Notes under the pieces: generated by a model
What the model saw: the letters and a program-made list of their open reading frames with translations, nothing else
What the model was told of the DNA's origin: nothing
Databases searched by the model: none
Translations under genes and position numbers: made by a program
Shown: one piece after another, positions 26,201 to 39,858 of the stretch
How positions within the stretch are numbered: the first letter of the stretch is position 1
Layout of the letters: every line of letters begins with the position of its first letter
Origin: Octopus vulgaris
Lineage: Eukaryota
Direction of reading: 5' to 3'
DNA length: 64,000 nt
NCBI GenBank assembly: GCA_951406725.2
Contig: OX597821.1
Span: 47,988,001-48,052,000, forward strand

Positions 26201-27757
26201 ATTTTCACCAATATCATGCTCTCAACAATACCATATCCTACCCCAAGACCACACCTCCATCAATACCACACCCACACTCTCACAAAAAGGACACACTCCC
26301 CAAAACCACTTCTTTAACAACACCACATCCTCACCCTCACAGGCTTCACCCTTTCAGGAGGGATATGGTGTATTTTATATTTACCAATTATTTCTGATAA
26401 TTGGTTGTTTATTTGTAAGGAAGGAGGAGTGGAATGGTGGTGGAGGAAACAGGGAAAGAAAGAGAGGGAGATTGAAGAGGAGATGGAAAAGGACGAAGAG
26501 GGGGTGAGAGAGAGAGGAAGCAGAGAGAAATAGAAGAGAATGAAGAGGGGTGAGAGAGAGAGAGAGAGAGATACAGAGTGTCAGTTGTAGAAAGAGAGAG
26601 AGGTGGAAAGCAGGAGAGAGAGAAACAGAGGTAGAGGAGGAAGGGAGATTGAGGGTGTATGCGAGAAAGTGAAAGTAAGGGAATAGCTGAGGAGAGTAAG
26701 AGATTGTGACAGAGAAAAAAGAAAGATTTAGGGAAAGAGAGAAGGGAAGGGGGAGTTTATGAGAGAAAGGAAAGGGTGGTGGAGGAGAGGAGAGAACTAG
26801 GAGTAAATAAGTAATTAAGGAAAAAAGTGTGAAAATAGAGAGGAGAAAGCAGAAGGGAAAGGAGCAGAATGAAGAAGATGTTGCAAAAAATGGGAGAAAT
26901 GAAGATGGGGAGGGAGAATGAGAGATAATGAAAAGGAGAAGAAGATGGGAACGAGGAAAAGAAAGAGTAGGAGGAGGTGGAAAAAAATAATAGGAATATT
27001 AATAATTTGTGATAATAGAGCTAGAATGGGGGTGGGGTGGAGTAGCATGTGATCGTGTATGTTGGGATGTGTGTGTATGTATGTGGTGCCATGCATGTTG
27101 GGATGTATGAGAGTGTGTGTGCATGTAGATGTGGAAGAGTGGAATTAAGCATGTGTATGCATGTGTGTGCACGTGTAGGTATGAGTGCATCTGCATATTT
27201 ATGTGTAAATGAGAGTTAGTATGCGTGTATGTAGGAAGTAACGAGTGTGTATTTGTAAGTAGGTGAGAGTTTAAGAGCAGGTGTGTATAAGCGATGCAAC
27301 GTCCACAGACTTCTTGGACATCTTCTTGACCACACTTGTTGATGGTAGTGGTGATGGTGGTGGGGAGGTAGATGATGTCTAGGTTGTGTGATGTCTGTAG
27401 GTCATGTTTGTGGGAGATGAATGACAGAGAAGGGAATTGGAATTCTGAGGGAGAAATGAGGGAATGAGAGATTGTAAGGGTTTATGGGGAGGAGTATAGA
27501 TAGATGGGGTGGTTGTGGTCTAGTTAACTGGTGAGGTAGGTGTTGGGTAGAGATGAATAAGGAGGGAGGGTAATTAGCTATATAACAAAAGGGTATATAG
27601 GAGAGAGGTGGGGTGAGATGTGAACCCCAATAGTTGCAATGTGTTTAGAAATGAACCCTTGACATTCAGCCTTAATATGTGTATAAATGTGTTTATTTTG
27701 AAGCAGAATTTTAATTTGTTATTGTGGAGTTATATACGTGTGTGTGTGTGTGTGTGT

Positions 27758-27962
27758 AGTTCAAATTAGTAGAAAACAAAAGACGAAGACAAATGAAGGA
27801 ACAACAAGCAGATGTATTAGTTTAATGCTCTTGAAGAATGGAAAAGTTTTTGACGTTTTGAGCCTATGCTCTTTGGCAGATAGGATAGAGAGGAAAAAAT
27901 GGAGAGAAGAAAAATGTGTAGGGATTAATGGTTCAACATGATGAAATGGCCGGAAGAGTCTG
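27758..27962 (-). mobile_element. Short element, family B-related
   Basis: Minus strand ctgccaaagagcataggctcaaaacgtcaaaaac; homologous to 5200-5420. Confidence 0.55.
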
Positions 27963-27989
27963 AGTGAAAGGGAGATAGATATATATAGT

Positions 27990-28235
27990 ATGGAGGCATG
28001 TGGTTTAGTGGTTAGAGTGTTGCATTCATGATCACAAGACTGTGGTTTCAATTCCTGGATCTGGTGGTGCATTGTATTCTCGTATAAAACACCTTATTTC
28101 ATGTTGCTCCAATCCACACAACTGGGAAAAATAAGTGTATGCCAGACTAGCATCCCATCCAGGGTAGGAGTATGTAAAAGCCACAGAATCCAGGAAACCA
28201 CAGCCTTATTAGCCTATAGCTCAGGATGGACCTTC
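27990..28235 (+). mobile_element. tRNA-derived SINE with a V-domain-like segment
   Basis: tggtttagtggttagag...ggtttcaattcc head; gactagcatcccatccaggg; related to 56591-56892. Confidence 0.6.
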
Positions 28236-28261
28236 AATACTTTTTGTCTATGTAGCATCTT

Positions 28262-28990
28262 TAGGTGACTAGATGACCAGGGGTGGATGCTCCAAGAGTG
28301 TAGCTGCTAGAATAGGCTAGGCAAAGTTCAGAGAGCTCCTGCATCTGCTGTTAACAAAAGGCCTCTCACTCAGAGTGAAAGGCAGACTGTATGATGCTTG
28401 AGTGTGAATAGCTAAGCTACACGGCAGTAAAACATGGGCTGTGACTGCTGAGGACATGCATAGGCTTGAAAGAAATGAAGCTAGTATGCTCCACTAGATG
28501 TGTAATGTCAGTGTGTATGCACGATAGAGTGTAAGTACCCTGAGAGAAAAGATGAACTAAGAAGCATCAGATGTGGTGTGCAAGAGAGACAACTGTACTG
28601 GTATGGTCATATGATGCATATGGACGAGGACAACTGTGTGAAGTGTTGCATTCTAATGGTGGAAGGAACCTGTGGAAGAGGTATACACAGGAAGACATGA
28701 GACGAGGTGATGAAATGCAATCTCCAAATGCTGAGCCTCACAGAAGCAATGACAAACAACCAAAACCTTTGGTGATATAGAATGCTTGAGAAGACCCATC
28801 AAACCAAGTGAGATTATAGTTGTGGCCAATGCCAGTGTCACATAACTGACCTGTTAAAAGCACACTTCAGATGTTGAGCAATATGCTGTGCTTGTGAAGG
28901 TCTGTTGAGCTGAGTGAAATCATATTCATGGCCCATGCCAGTGCTTTCCAATTGGCACCCATGCTGGTGGCATGCAAAAAAGCACCATTT
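28262..28990 (+). mobile_element. RTE LINE 3' fragment
   Basis: KGLSLRVKGRLYDA...WYGHMMHMDEDNCVK...GRGIHRKT with many stops. Confidence 0.8.
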
Positions 28991-29004
28991 GAGTATTTGA
29001 TACT

Positions 29005-30002
29005 TATGCTGACATGGTTGCTACGTTAGGGGATGGCTCTCCAGTTTTACCAAAAGTACAAAAGTGAGCAGCTGAATTTAAAATGGGGAGAGTCTTGAAG
29101 ATGACCAAGGTTTGGATGTCCTGCAACTGCCACCATCAAGGAAAACATTGATCATGTTCACCATATGATGATGGATAATAGACGATTGACTATAAATCAA
29201 ATAGCCAATGCTATTAGCATATCTTGTGAGAGAGTTGAGAATATTCTGCACAATGAACTTGGCATGACAAAGGTTTCTGTTCAGTGGATGTCACATCTGA
29301 CACCTGATCAAAAGCACACCAGGCTGATCTCAACAACGGAAAATCTGACTTTGTTTGAAATAGATCCAGTTGGTTTCCTAAAATGTTTCCCAACTCAGGA
29401 TGAGTGTTGGGTTCATAACTTTAAAGCAGGAACAAAGAGATAATCCATGCAGTGAAAACACCCCTCCTCACTTGCTCCAAAGAAGGCCAAGGTTGTTTCA
29501 TCTGCAGAGAAGATAATGACCTCAGTTTTTTGGAATGCAAAAGGTATTGTGTTTATTAACTATCTTCAAAAGGGTCCCACCATCAATGGATGGTGCCAAC
29601 TTGCTGAGGCAGTTATGAAAGGCTATCAAGACCAAACACCCAAGAAAGTGATGAAGGGGGTTTTGTTTAATCAGCACAATGCTCCACCACACAAGTCCAT
29701 TTCAATGGCTGTTGTGTTTGACTGTGACTTTCAGCTGGTTGATGAGCCTTCCTATTCTCCTGATTTGGCACCATCTGACTATCATCAGCTTCCCAACACG
29801 AAAGAAACACTTGGCTAGGTATCAGTATCTCAGTGATGATGTCATATCTGTTGTTGACTTTTTCGATCGGCAGGATGGAAGCTTCTTCACCAATGGGGAT
29901 CCATGTGGACCACAAGGAGGTCTATGTTGAAAAATAAACCTCATTTGGTCACATTCATTGAGAGTATCTTGGTTAGCCCATAAGCTTTCCAGTTGACCCT
30001 CA
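29005..30002 (+). mobile_element. Mariner (DD34D-type) transposon remnant, 5' truncated
   Basis: LGMTKVSVQWMSHLT, TQDECWVH, SVFWNAKGIVFI, HNAPPH, YSPDLAPSDY; TIR-like end aagctttccagttgaccctca|ta. Confidence 0.88.
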
Positions 30003-30800
30003 TATGTAGCTGTATGTGAAGGTGTGTATGTAATGTAGAAGTATGTATACGTAACATCATGTGTATGCATGTGTCCATAGTATAGTGCATGTAAAATTAT
30101 GTGTATGTGTGTATATGGTGTATATGTGAATACATGTGACACTATACTTTCAATGCAAAGTAGATGATGTGAGTCTATGTTCTTGGTTTAATGATTCACC
30201 AAGGGAGACTCCTACCTGCTAGAAATAGATTCCTAAAAGTAGTAAAACAAAAACTTGTCTCGAAAAGGGAGTATTACTTGACACTATGCTGGGCAAAAGG
30301 TTGTGATGACCTTTTAAGAAAATACTTTCTGTATATTGATGAATGAACAGAATACATGGAGCTGAAGACAGAGACACTGAATCAGTAGAAAATATAGCTT
30401 AATTAGGAATTAAATAATGAGATTCTAATCCAAATCATAATAGTCATTATAAGAACTACTTTGGTATAATAAAATATGATGATTTTGTTTCTCAAATTAT
30501 TGATTATAATGCTTATGATATAATATGTGTGCTTAAAGAATAATTACTGATGGTTGAAGTCAAGAAATAGAAATCACAGAAAACAGTCACAAGGGTGTGT
30601 GTGTGTGTGCATACATGTATGTGTGTGTGTGTGTGTGTTTGGGTGATATCTATTATTCTGAAAAGCATATTTCACTATTCTGAGATGCAAAGGCCATATT
30701 TAGTGTCATCTTGGGACCAGTGCAATAGATGCATTTCTAACAGGAAATAGGCTAAAAACACATGTAATAATATGAACATGCTTAAAAGTCCTTAATACAG

Positions 30801-31717
30801 CACCGAATATATTTCTGAGGATCATAATATGCCAAAGAAGTTGTGGATTGTAAGTTTAGGCATTCTAAGTAGTCAAATACATGATATATAGTCAAAACCT
30901 ATGTAGACAATCTAATGGATCACTGGATAACTACTGAAAGTTTTGCCTTAATACAATGTGTTGTAAATATTTCAGCCAGGCATTGTTCATCTCTCTAGAA
31001 GCTTTTGACTATAGTTGGATAGTGTAAATATGAGAAAGTGTACTAAGTACTGTATTTCAACTCTCATTGAAAATTATAGATACAAGAAGCCTTGTGCAAA
31101 ACTGTGCTTATAGCATTAAAGAATTCGATCAAGACCGCAATATTACAAAGAGTAAGAATGAAAACAGATTAATAGCAGAATTTGCAATAGCATCTACAAG
31201 ATTTACACAAACAAATCACCTCATAATTACTACAAGACTTACCAAATTACAATATTTTATTAGTTGGAAACCTAATGAAGTATAGCAATTTCTCACCCTT
31301 AAGCTACAACATATCAGTGTGAGAGGGCGAGACAGACACACAGACAGAGAGGAACTGATCAATTGCATCACTTCACAAATTAGTACATTACACAATTTTA
31401 ACAAGACTTTTGAAACAATTAATGATTTAAAGTTTAATTCAAAAGTAAATTAGCCAACAAGAATGAATTATATCAATTAAAAAGATTTTACTAAAACAAA
31501 TTCTTCATATTGAGAACACATGAAAATGACTTGACTGAAACGGTAATTTCTCAATACTACAGATTATTAATGTTCATTGGCTGGCAGTGGGGGTGCATAC
31601 TAATTAGGTGCATATTAATTAAGTTTATAATTTCAGATGGATAATTTACAAAACAGAGTGCAATCATGGAACTGCTCTATGGAAGAACCTGAAGACTTCA
31701 TATTTTTATATTTATAA
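30801..31717 (+). CDS. Candidate spliced host exons 30801-30849, 31080-31151, 31637-31717
   Basis: AG/GT boundaries (gtaagt and gtaaga donors; tttcag acceptor) with compatible phases give TEYISEDHNMPKKLWI|IQEALCKTVLIALKNSIKTAILQR|MDNLQNRVQSWNCSMEEPEDFIFLYL*; no homology recognised. Confidence 0.22.
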
Positions 31718-31951
31718 TACATGATTTCACTGCTAGATTCTTATAACATGTGTAAAGAATGAAATGAAAGAGCAACTGCTGCATTGTGAATAGGGCCTGT
31801 TACTTTCTGGAAGATTATCATGTTGCATAATAACATATCACAAACAAGATTATGTAACCAGACAAATATATATATAAATGTGTATGTACACACACACACA
31901 CATGCACAAACACACACACACGCGCACACAGACACACACACACACGCACAT

Positions 31952-31987
<36 letters not shown>

Positions 31988-32074
31988 TTCATGCTGAATT
32001 TGACAGTTTGCATTAAAGAAATAGAAAGCACAATATTCCATTCAAAATCTTCAAACATCTCTTTGCTCCTGGAC

Positions 32075-32600
32075 ACCATCTGGCCTTGATATCACAGGCA
32101 GAGTGATTAGTGTCTTTCTCAACCATGTTTTCCACACATAGAAATTCATGGGATCAGGGGTATTAGGAGGCCAAAAATAGGGGCTGGATAAGTGATAGAA
32201 ATTTTCTGACAATCACTTCCAAGTCTTTCTGGAGGTATGGCAAAGAACCAAATCTTGCTGCCACACATATGGCCTTCCAGGAGCAACCCTTTTCAACCAG
32301 GGATTGACCACAGTCTCCAACAGCTTTGTAAAACCATTTGAATTGAGTTTAAGGTCTTGTTCAAAGATGTGAGGATGATGCCTGATATATGGACAGTCAG
32401 AATACCTGTTGTGTCTCTTCCTGCTGACCACAGTTTCATAGTCTCCATTGCAACTGTCCACGTCATATCATACAGCCTTTACAGTGTTCACAGAGCATTG
32501 AGAACTAGTCATGGTGTAGGCATTTTGATGCCCAATGCAAATCATCATGACACAGGTTCACATGTAGGTTCCAGCAGCATCTTGACTTTAGCTGTTTTAT
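32075..32600 (-). mobile_element. maT/DD37D-like Tc1-mariner remnant
   Basis: PHIFEQDLKLN...VVNPWLKRVAPGRPYVWQQD..CHTSRKT...WPPNTPD. Confidence 0.75.
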
Positions 32601-32956
32601 GACTACTGGTCAGTTACCCAAGAAATAATACACACACACACACACATACATGTGTCTGATCATATATACAGCCATGATCTGTCAAAGAAAGGGCACCAAA
32701 GACAAAATTGTTAATGACATTCTAATATGGATTTTTATTGAGCTAAGTATCTGCTATGCCTATTGTGTTTTGATCAACTACTGATAACAAATCTTTAATG
32801 TGTCAAGTAAGGACTTCAATGCCTAGCTGCTTGCTGACATTATCAATCCCTGACAAAATCCTGTTTGGGTATTTACAGTTATTTTTTAAAATCTGAACAA
32901 ATAATTCTGATTCACTTCCTAGACAGTGAGTTGGGGCTTGGACTCTGCAAATCCTG

Positions 32957-33029
<73 letters not shown>

Positions 33030-33424
33030 TTACTGTTGCACTCTATACCTAAATTAATACCCTTTTGTAAGTTAACCATGATGTAAAACATTACTAATTT
33101 TTACTATTGTTACCTATATTTTAGCACTCTTTGTATGACTTAAATTACCATGTATGGTTTTATACTGTTCATGACAATTTTTCTGATTTTCTTCAATATT
33201 TTACTTAATTTCTCTATATTTTAATTCATTTGATTAAATATTTTAGAAGATATATTGCTTTTTTATAACTTGAAATTCATTTGAACGTTTCACCATATGT
33301 TTGGTTTATCTTGGTCACTTTAATCACCTCTAAAAATATGAATTATATTTTGTGAGACAACATGAATCATCCCTTAAAACTGTAACGTATTACTATTATT
33401 TATAGCAACATAAATATGGTTACT

Positions 33425-33722
33425 TATATCTCTATAACACATTGATATTAATTACATCTAGTAAATTTATATTCCTCAAATTCAAAAACACAAAGTCATC
33501 CCCAAAAGTGTAAGTTGTTGTATAAATAGAAATGTACCTACTTCAATATCCTTATAATCTACTGACATTATTAATCTTTAGTAAATTTATATTCCTCAAA
33601 TTGAACAAACACAAATCCTTCCTTAACACTATAACTTATAACTATAGATGATATAAACAGAAATATTCTTTCTTAGAATATTCCTGTATTCTATTGACAT
33701 TAATAACTTTGAGTAAATATAC
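33425..33722. repeat. Diverged ~120-bp tandem triplication
   Basis: agtaaatttatattcctcaaatt at about 33460 and 33580, with a partial third copy near 33712. Confidence 0.6.
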
Positions 33723-34837
33723 ATTATTCATGATTATCCATTGTAAATTGCACCTATAAAACTTTGCTGTCAAAACCATAACTTAATATTATTAGTTATT
33801 TAATCAACCCTATTAACTGTAAATTTAATTTCCTGACTTAATCGTCTTCTTATTTTGGTTTCCAAATTTTAGCTAGAATGTGTCATTGGCTTTATAGTTG
33901 CATTAATTTTAAAAGGTCAGTCTGTATTGCAACCAGCTTAATTCATTATTCAATTATTCATTATTTATACCTGTTTTAACTGTAACTATATCCTAAATTT
34001 TCATTAACTCTGCCAGTAATCTTGTCATAATTTACACCTATACCTTTACTAATCGTAAAACAGTGTTCTGGAAAATTTTGTGAAAGATAAATTTTTGGCT
34101 GAGTTTCAGAATAGCTCATCCACATAAGCCGGGTTTTCTATGTTTTTATAGGTTTTTTTTTTTTCAGTTTTATTTTTGCATCATGCACTTCAAAATGATG
34201 GAGGGAATTTTTTTTTTTTTAAAGACTTATTTTCAAACCATAATTTTTTAAAATGTATACCATCTCACCCCACCCCCCTTGAACCTTCATAACAACCATC
34301 ACCATTAAAAAAAGATTTTTCCCCCACTTTCTTATAATATTCCATATTCTGAAACACATGTAGTTCAAATTTTTTGAGGAAAAGAAACAAAAAAAAAATT
34401 TTATTTATTTATTTTAAACATTGACAACCCTCACTCCCCATCATAATCACCAAAAACAGCAATCACCACAAAGCAAATTTTTTTTTTTTTGCTTTTACAT
34501 TAGTTTTTAGTCATTTTCTTATATTCCACTTTCTCAAATATTTGAAGTTTGTATTTAAAACCAAGCAAACAAAAATTCTTAGCCCCTTTCCTTCAGCATA
34601 CCTTTCACAATAAAAAAACAAAAGTCAAACACAAGTTGATAAGTGAAAAATTGAAATTAGAATTTTAAAAGAAGAGTCTGTAAAATGATTAAATTGTAGA
34701 AAATAAATTTTTAATTTTTGGCTGAAGACGAGTACGAAACCAAAAAATCTCTCTTTCCCTCACCACCTCTGTCTATCAAATAGCTAATGTTTGTCACTGG
34801 AATACCTAGTCCTAAGTAAAAACCTTACATTTAATTT

Positions 34838-35230
34838 TACTCTTTTACTTGTTTCAGTCATTTGACTGCAGCCATGCTGGAGCACCACCTTTAGTCGAGC
34901 AAATCGACCCCAGGACTTATTCTTTGTAAGCCCAGTACTTATTCTATCAGTCTCTTTTGCCGAACCGCTAAGTGACGGGGACGTAAACACACCAGCATCG
35001 GTTGTCAAGCAATGCTAGGGGGACAAACACACACACATACACACATATATATATATACATATATACGACAGGCTTCTTTCAGTTTCCGTCTACCAAATCC
35101 ACTCACAAGGCATTGGTCGGCCCAGGGCTATAGCAGAAGACACTTGCCCAAGATGCCACGCAGTGGGACTGAACTCGGAACCATGTGGTTGGTTAGCAAG
35201 CTACTTACCACACAGCCACTCCTGCGCCTA
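34838..35230 (-). mobile_element. SINE S1, near-complete
   Basis: Head ggcgcaggagtggctgtgtggtaag...gagttcagtccc; internal (TA)(TG)n; tail gactgaaacaagtaaaagagt. Confidence 0.9.
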
Positions 35231-35939
35231 CATTTATTTTTGTTTATTTTTGTGTCATGTGGGAGCTGAAAAATAGTATGTAAAATTGAATTTAATGGGA
35301 ATTGTCATGTAAATAAGTTAAGTATTAGTATAGTCTTGTTTTCCTCTTAATTTTGTTTTTGACATATAGAAAAAAGTATTTACAGTATGTCATTGACCTG
35401 ACACCAGCATCGGCCATGATTAGAGTTTCACTTGGCTTGACAGGGCAACACAAGCTTGGTATATCATCAAGGGACTCAGTCACCTGTCACTGCCTCCATA
35501 GTATTGTATGAGAGAGTGAGTTCATTATGTATTTCAGTTCTGAATGTTATGAAGCACGTGTTGTGGTTAAATTACTTGATACAGTTATAATATTTTGAGA
35601 CAGAGTTTTTTTCAAAATGTTCAGATTAAGAAAGAAACTTTTTTTAAAGTAGAATGGCACTAACCTTTAGGAAGAAATTTCACAAACTGTGTAGACTTTA
35701 ATAAATGTTCAAGCACTTTCAGTTCTTAAAGTTATAAAGCACATGTTATGGTTTAAAACAGAAAGAGCTACTAAGAATGAAGAATAGTAGAAGAGTCATT
35801 GAATAGTGAGAGAGGAGTAATGCATGAGGAATAGTAGAAGAATCATTGAATAGTGAAAGAGGGGACCAGAGGAGTAAAGTTGAAAAAGTGCAACACATTT
35901 GTTTTCACATTTATTATTATATATATTTAAATATTCTTT

Positions 35940-36148
35940 TATTCTTTTACTTGTTTCAGTCATTTGACTGCAGCCATGCTGGTGTACCACCTTTGGTCAC
36001 ACAAATCGATCCCAGGACTTATTCTTTGTAAGTGTAATACTTAACCTATCACTCTCTTTTGCCAGACTACTAAGCTATGGGGACATAAACATACTAACAT
36101 CAGTTGTTAAACGATGGTAAAGAGACAATCTCAGACACACACACAAAT

Positions 36149-36198
<50 letters not shown>

Positions 36199-36384
36199 TT
36201 GTATCAGTTATCAGCCATGCTGGAGCACCACTTTTAGTCAAAAAAATTGATCCAGGACTTATTCTTTGTAAACTTAGTACTTATTCCATTGGTCTCACCT
36301 TGGGCAAGTATCTTCTACTATAGCCTCGGGCCAACCAAAGCCTTGTGAGTGGATTTGGTAGATGGAAACTGAAAGAAGCCTGTC

Positions 36385-36422
<38 letters not shown>

Positions 36423-36632
36423 ACATATTTGTGTGTGTGTTTGTCCCCCCAACATCACTTGACAACCGATGCTGGTGTGTTTGTGTCCCTGTAACTTAGT
36501 GGTTTGGCAAAAGAGACCGATAGAATAAGTACTAGGCTTACAAAGAATAAGTCCTGGGGTCGATTTCCTCGACTAAAGGCGGTGCTCCAGCATGGCCGCA
36601 GTCAAATGACTGAAACAAGTAAAAGAGTAGAG
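35940..36632. mobile_element. Cluster of SINE S1 pieces in both orientations
   Basis: 35940-36150(-), 36200-36293(-), 36297-36632(+). Confidence 0.8.
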
Positions 36633-36649
36633 AGTAATATATATATATA

Positions 36650-37150
36650 TGTCAATATCAAAATCAATGGAAACTGCAGTTGTGATCCCTGTGCCGGTGG
36701 CACGTAAAAAGCACCATCTAAATGTGGCTGATGCCAGTGCCGCCTAGACTGGCTTCTGTACAGGTGGCACATAAAAAGCACTATCCAAATCATGGCCGAT
36801 GCCAGCGTCGCCTTGACTGGCTTCCGTGCCAGTGGCACCTAAAAAGCACCATCCGAATTGTGGCCGATGCCAGCGCCGCCTTGACTGGCTTACATGCCGG
36901 TGGCACATAAAATGCACCAATCCGATCGTGGCCATTGCCAGCCTCGCCTGGCACCTGTGCAGGTGGAACGTAAAAAGCACCCACTACGCTCATGGAGTGG
37001 TTGGCATTAGGAAGGGCATCCAGCTGTAGAAACACTGCCAGATCAGACTGGAGCCTGGTGCAGCCTTCTGGCTTCCCAAATCCCCGGTCGAACTGTCCAA
37101 CCCATGCTAGCATGGAGAACGGACGTTAAACGATGATGATGATGATGATG
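36650..37150 (+). mobile_element. RTE-associated 3' UTR with ~60-bp internal tandem repeats and a (GAT)n tail
   Basis: ggtggcacgtaaaaagcacc repeated ~5 times; ends aacccatgctagcatggagaacggacgttaaacgatgatgat. Confidence 0.75.
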
Positions 37151-37330
37151 ATATATATATATATATACGAGTGACAGGACAAATGAAAGAAAGACACTCA
37201 AAATATTTATTGGGAGTTATATATATGGATCAAAACAGTTTGATCAAAATTCATTGGTACTTTTGAGTTTCAAGTATGATGTTAATCATCAGCCTGGCTG
37301 ATAACTAGCATCACACATACATATATATAT

Positions 37331-37407
<77 letters not shown>

Positions 37408-37479
37408 TATATACATACATATATATTTATAGTATGTGTATATATGTATAACTGTGTGTGTGTTTGTGTGTGTATGGTC

Positions 37480-37980
37480 GTGGAGTGATGCACACCAAAT
37501 TTCCAGCAACTTGATGGTTTTAGGAGTGGTAAGTAATGAAAGTCATGTCATGCCACCCAACATCTTTCCACATCTTAGAATTAAACCTACTGGACAGATT
37601 GATGTTGGGCACAATTGTTAAGCCCTAAATGGATGAAGTATGCAAATCATGTAACACAAAAATTGTGCCCTCCAAACTTGCCAGACTTTGTATCCCATGG
37701 ACTATTATATTTGGAAGGTTGTTGAAAGGGAATATTAATTGACATCCTCACAATACACTGATGTCTACTGTTGTCCATGTGATTTCCAAAATGTCAATAA
37801 TTCTTGTCCAGTATTTAAGCAGTCATCAAAACTGAAAGTGGATCCATAAAATAATCTTATAAGAAAGCTTGTCAAGAACATGTACACAAATTTCTAATAA
37901 AATACATTTAGTTTTTGCTAGATTACAGTTGCTTTGTTAAATTACCAAATATGTCCTCAAATATCTCTTGCACTCCATAA
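37480..37980 (+). mobile_element. maT/DD37D-like remnant
   Basis: LMVLGVVSNESHVMPPNIFP; cccatggactattatatttgg. Confidence 0.55.
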
Positions 37981-38757
37981 ATGTATTTGTTGATTTAATG
38001 TTGTTTAGACCCTGGTCAGCCCTAGTCTATCAGACTTATGATCAAAATTTCCCAGCTGTTTAGCCCTAGGTCAATCCTGACACACGAACCCTTTCACTAA
38101 AAGCAGTCAGGACATGACTCTTACCTCTGTACATATAGACTTATATAATACAACATGTCTTTCCTTTTCAAGCAGTACTCCTCACCTCAAAGAGATATCT
38201 TCATTGTACACATTATATCATTATATAGTTGAAGATAGAAGTAAATAAATCCTATTTAATACTTCTTGATAGACCATAAATACAATTATGCAACAACAGC
38301 AGTAGAATGTGGTAGCATTCTAAGTTTATACTTAGTCATTCAAGAGGTTGTATTACTACAATAAACATACAAACAGCAGGTTTATGCGATAAATCTTAAA
38401 CAACTTAATAAAGCCTGTTGCCGCTGTGTTATGGCTGCCAGTATTAACAGCAGGACAAATGCATGTTTCTTTATCAGGAATGATATTATATGATAGAGTC
38501 ATATCAATGCCTTCAACACTGAATTAACAGCAAAAGATATAAACTATGAATTGCTAATCAAAATATTGCTCGTTGAATAATGGAGAGAAAAACATTTCGT
38601 AGTGTATAGGAGGATACATCTACAATAAAATGTTATATACACCATATATGGATGGTCTTAGTCAATGTCAGTAGGTCAAACAACCAGAATAGCCATGTTA
38701 CATCTGCTGAAATGGACTAAGCTTATTTCTAGAGCAGATTACTAAAATTATACACAA

Positions 38758-38832
<75 letters not shown>

Positions 38833-38982
38833 CACACTCACACACACACACACGCTCACACATATACACACAAACAAACACAAACACACTGAAACACACA
38901 CATGTAGAAATATATATGCACATACATACATATGTATTTACACATATATGCATATATATTCTTACATACATGTATATAAAGG

Positions 38983-39147
38983 TGCAGGCGTGGCTGTGTG
39001 GTAAGAAGCTTGCTTTCCAACCACATGGTTTCAGGTTCAGTTCCACTGTATGGCATCTTAGGCAAGTGTCTTCTCTTCTACTATAGCCTTGGACTGACCA
39101 AAGCCTTGTGAGTAGATTTGGTAGATGGAAACTGAAAGAAACCAATC

Positions 39148-39180
<33 letters not shown>

Positions 39181-39340
39181 CATGTCTTTGTGTCTGTATT
39201 TGTCCCACATCACTTTCCTAAGAATAAGTCCTGGAGTTCGACAAAAGAGACCAATAGAATAAGTACTAGACTTTAAAAAACCCTTTCAAGGTGGTGCTCC
39301 AGCATGGCTACAATTAAACAACTGAAACAAGTAAAAGATA
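38983..39340 (+). mobile_element. SINE S1
   Basis: gcaggcgtggctgtgtggtaagaagcttgct...actgaaacaagtaaaag. Confidence 0.85.
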
Positions 39341-39623
39341 ATATATATATATATATATATATATATTCAAAATAAGCAACAAGAATGACTCCGGTAATTT
39401 GGTATGATCGTTTTGTACTACATCATTTTATTAAATGTTGTAAGTATTACAACAGTTTTAAAATGCTGAGCACTCATCAGCCAATTATAGAGGTTTTCCA
39501 TTAATACAAAAATGTTCATATCAAGTGGCAACATTATAGAGAAGGTAGATCTATAAACAAAGATGTGGATTTAAATTTTAAGAACATTTGAGGTAGTGGA
39601 GCCCATCAACTGAGTTGAGTTCC

Positions 39624-39820
39624 ATGTGACCGCGTGTGTACCGTTGGCGATTTTTTTTCCTCTGTCTTTCCTTCCCTGGATCTTTCCTTCTCCTATGTTT
39701 CCAACGAAGAGCTCCACTCGAAAAGTTAAACCCTCCTTCTTTCCTGAGCGTCCAATAATACTATATGTGTTCCACGTCCTCGCGTTGTTGTGTTTTTTTT
39801 TTGTGCTTTCTTGTTTGGAT

Positions 39821-39826
<6 letters not shown>
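39624..39826 (+). mobile_element. Short (TA)n-embedded element, family B
   Basis: gtttccaacgaagagctccactcgaaaagttaaac; homologous to 19827-20040. Confidence 0.7.

Positions 39827-39858
<32 letters not shown>

Noticed and set aside
36690-36985. Repeat-spacer-like pattern ggtggcacgtaaaaagcacc
   Set aside because: The intervening segments are homologous to each other, and the same motif recurs in other RTE 3' UTR pieces (58840-58940)
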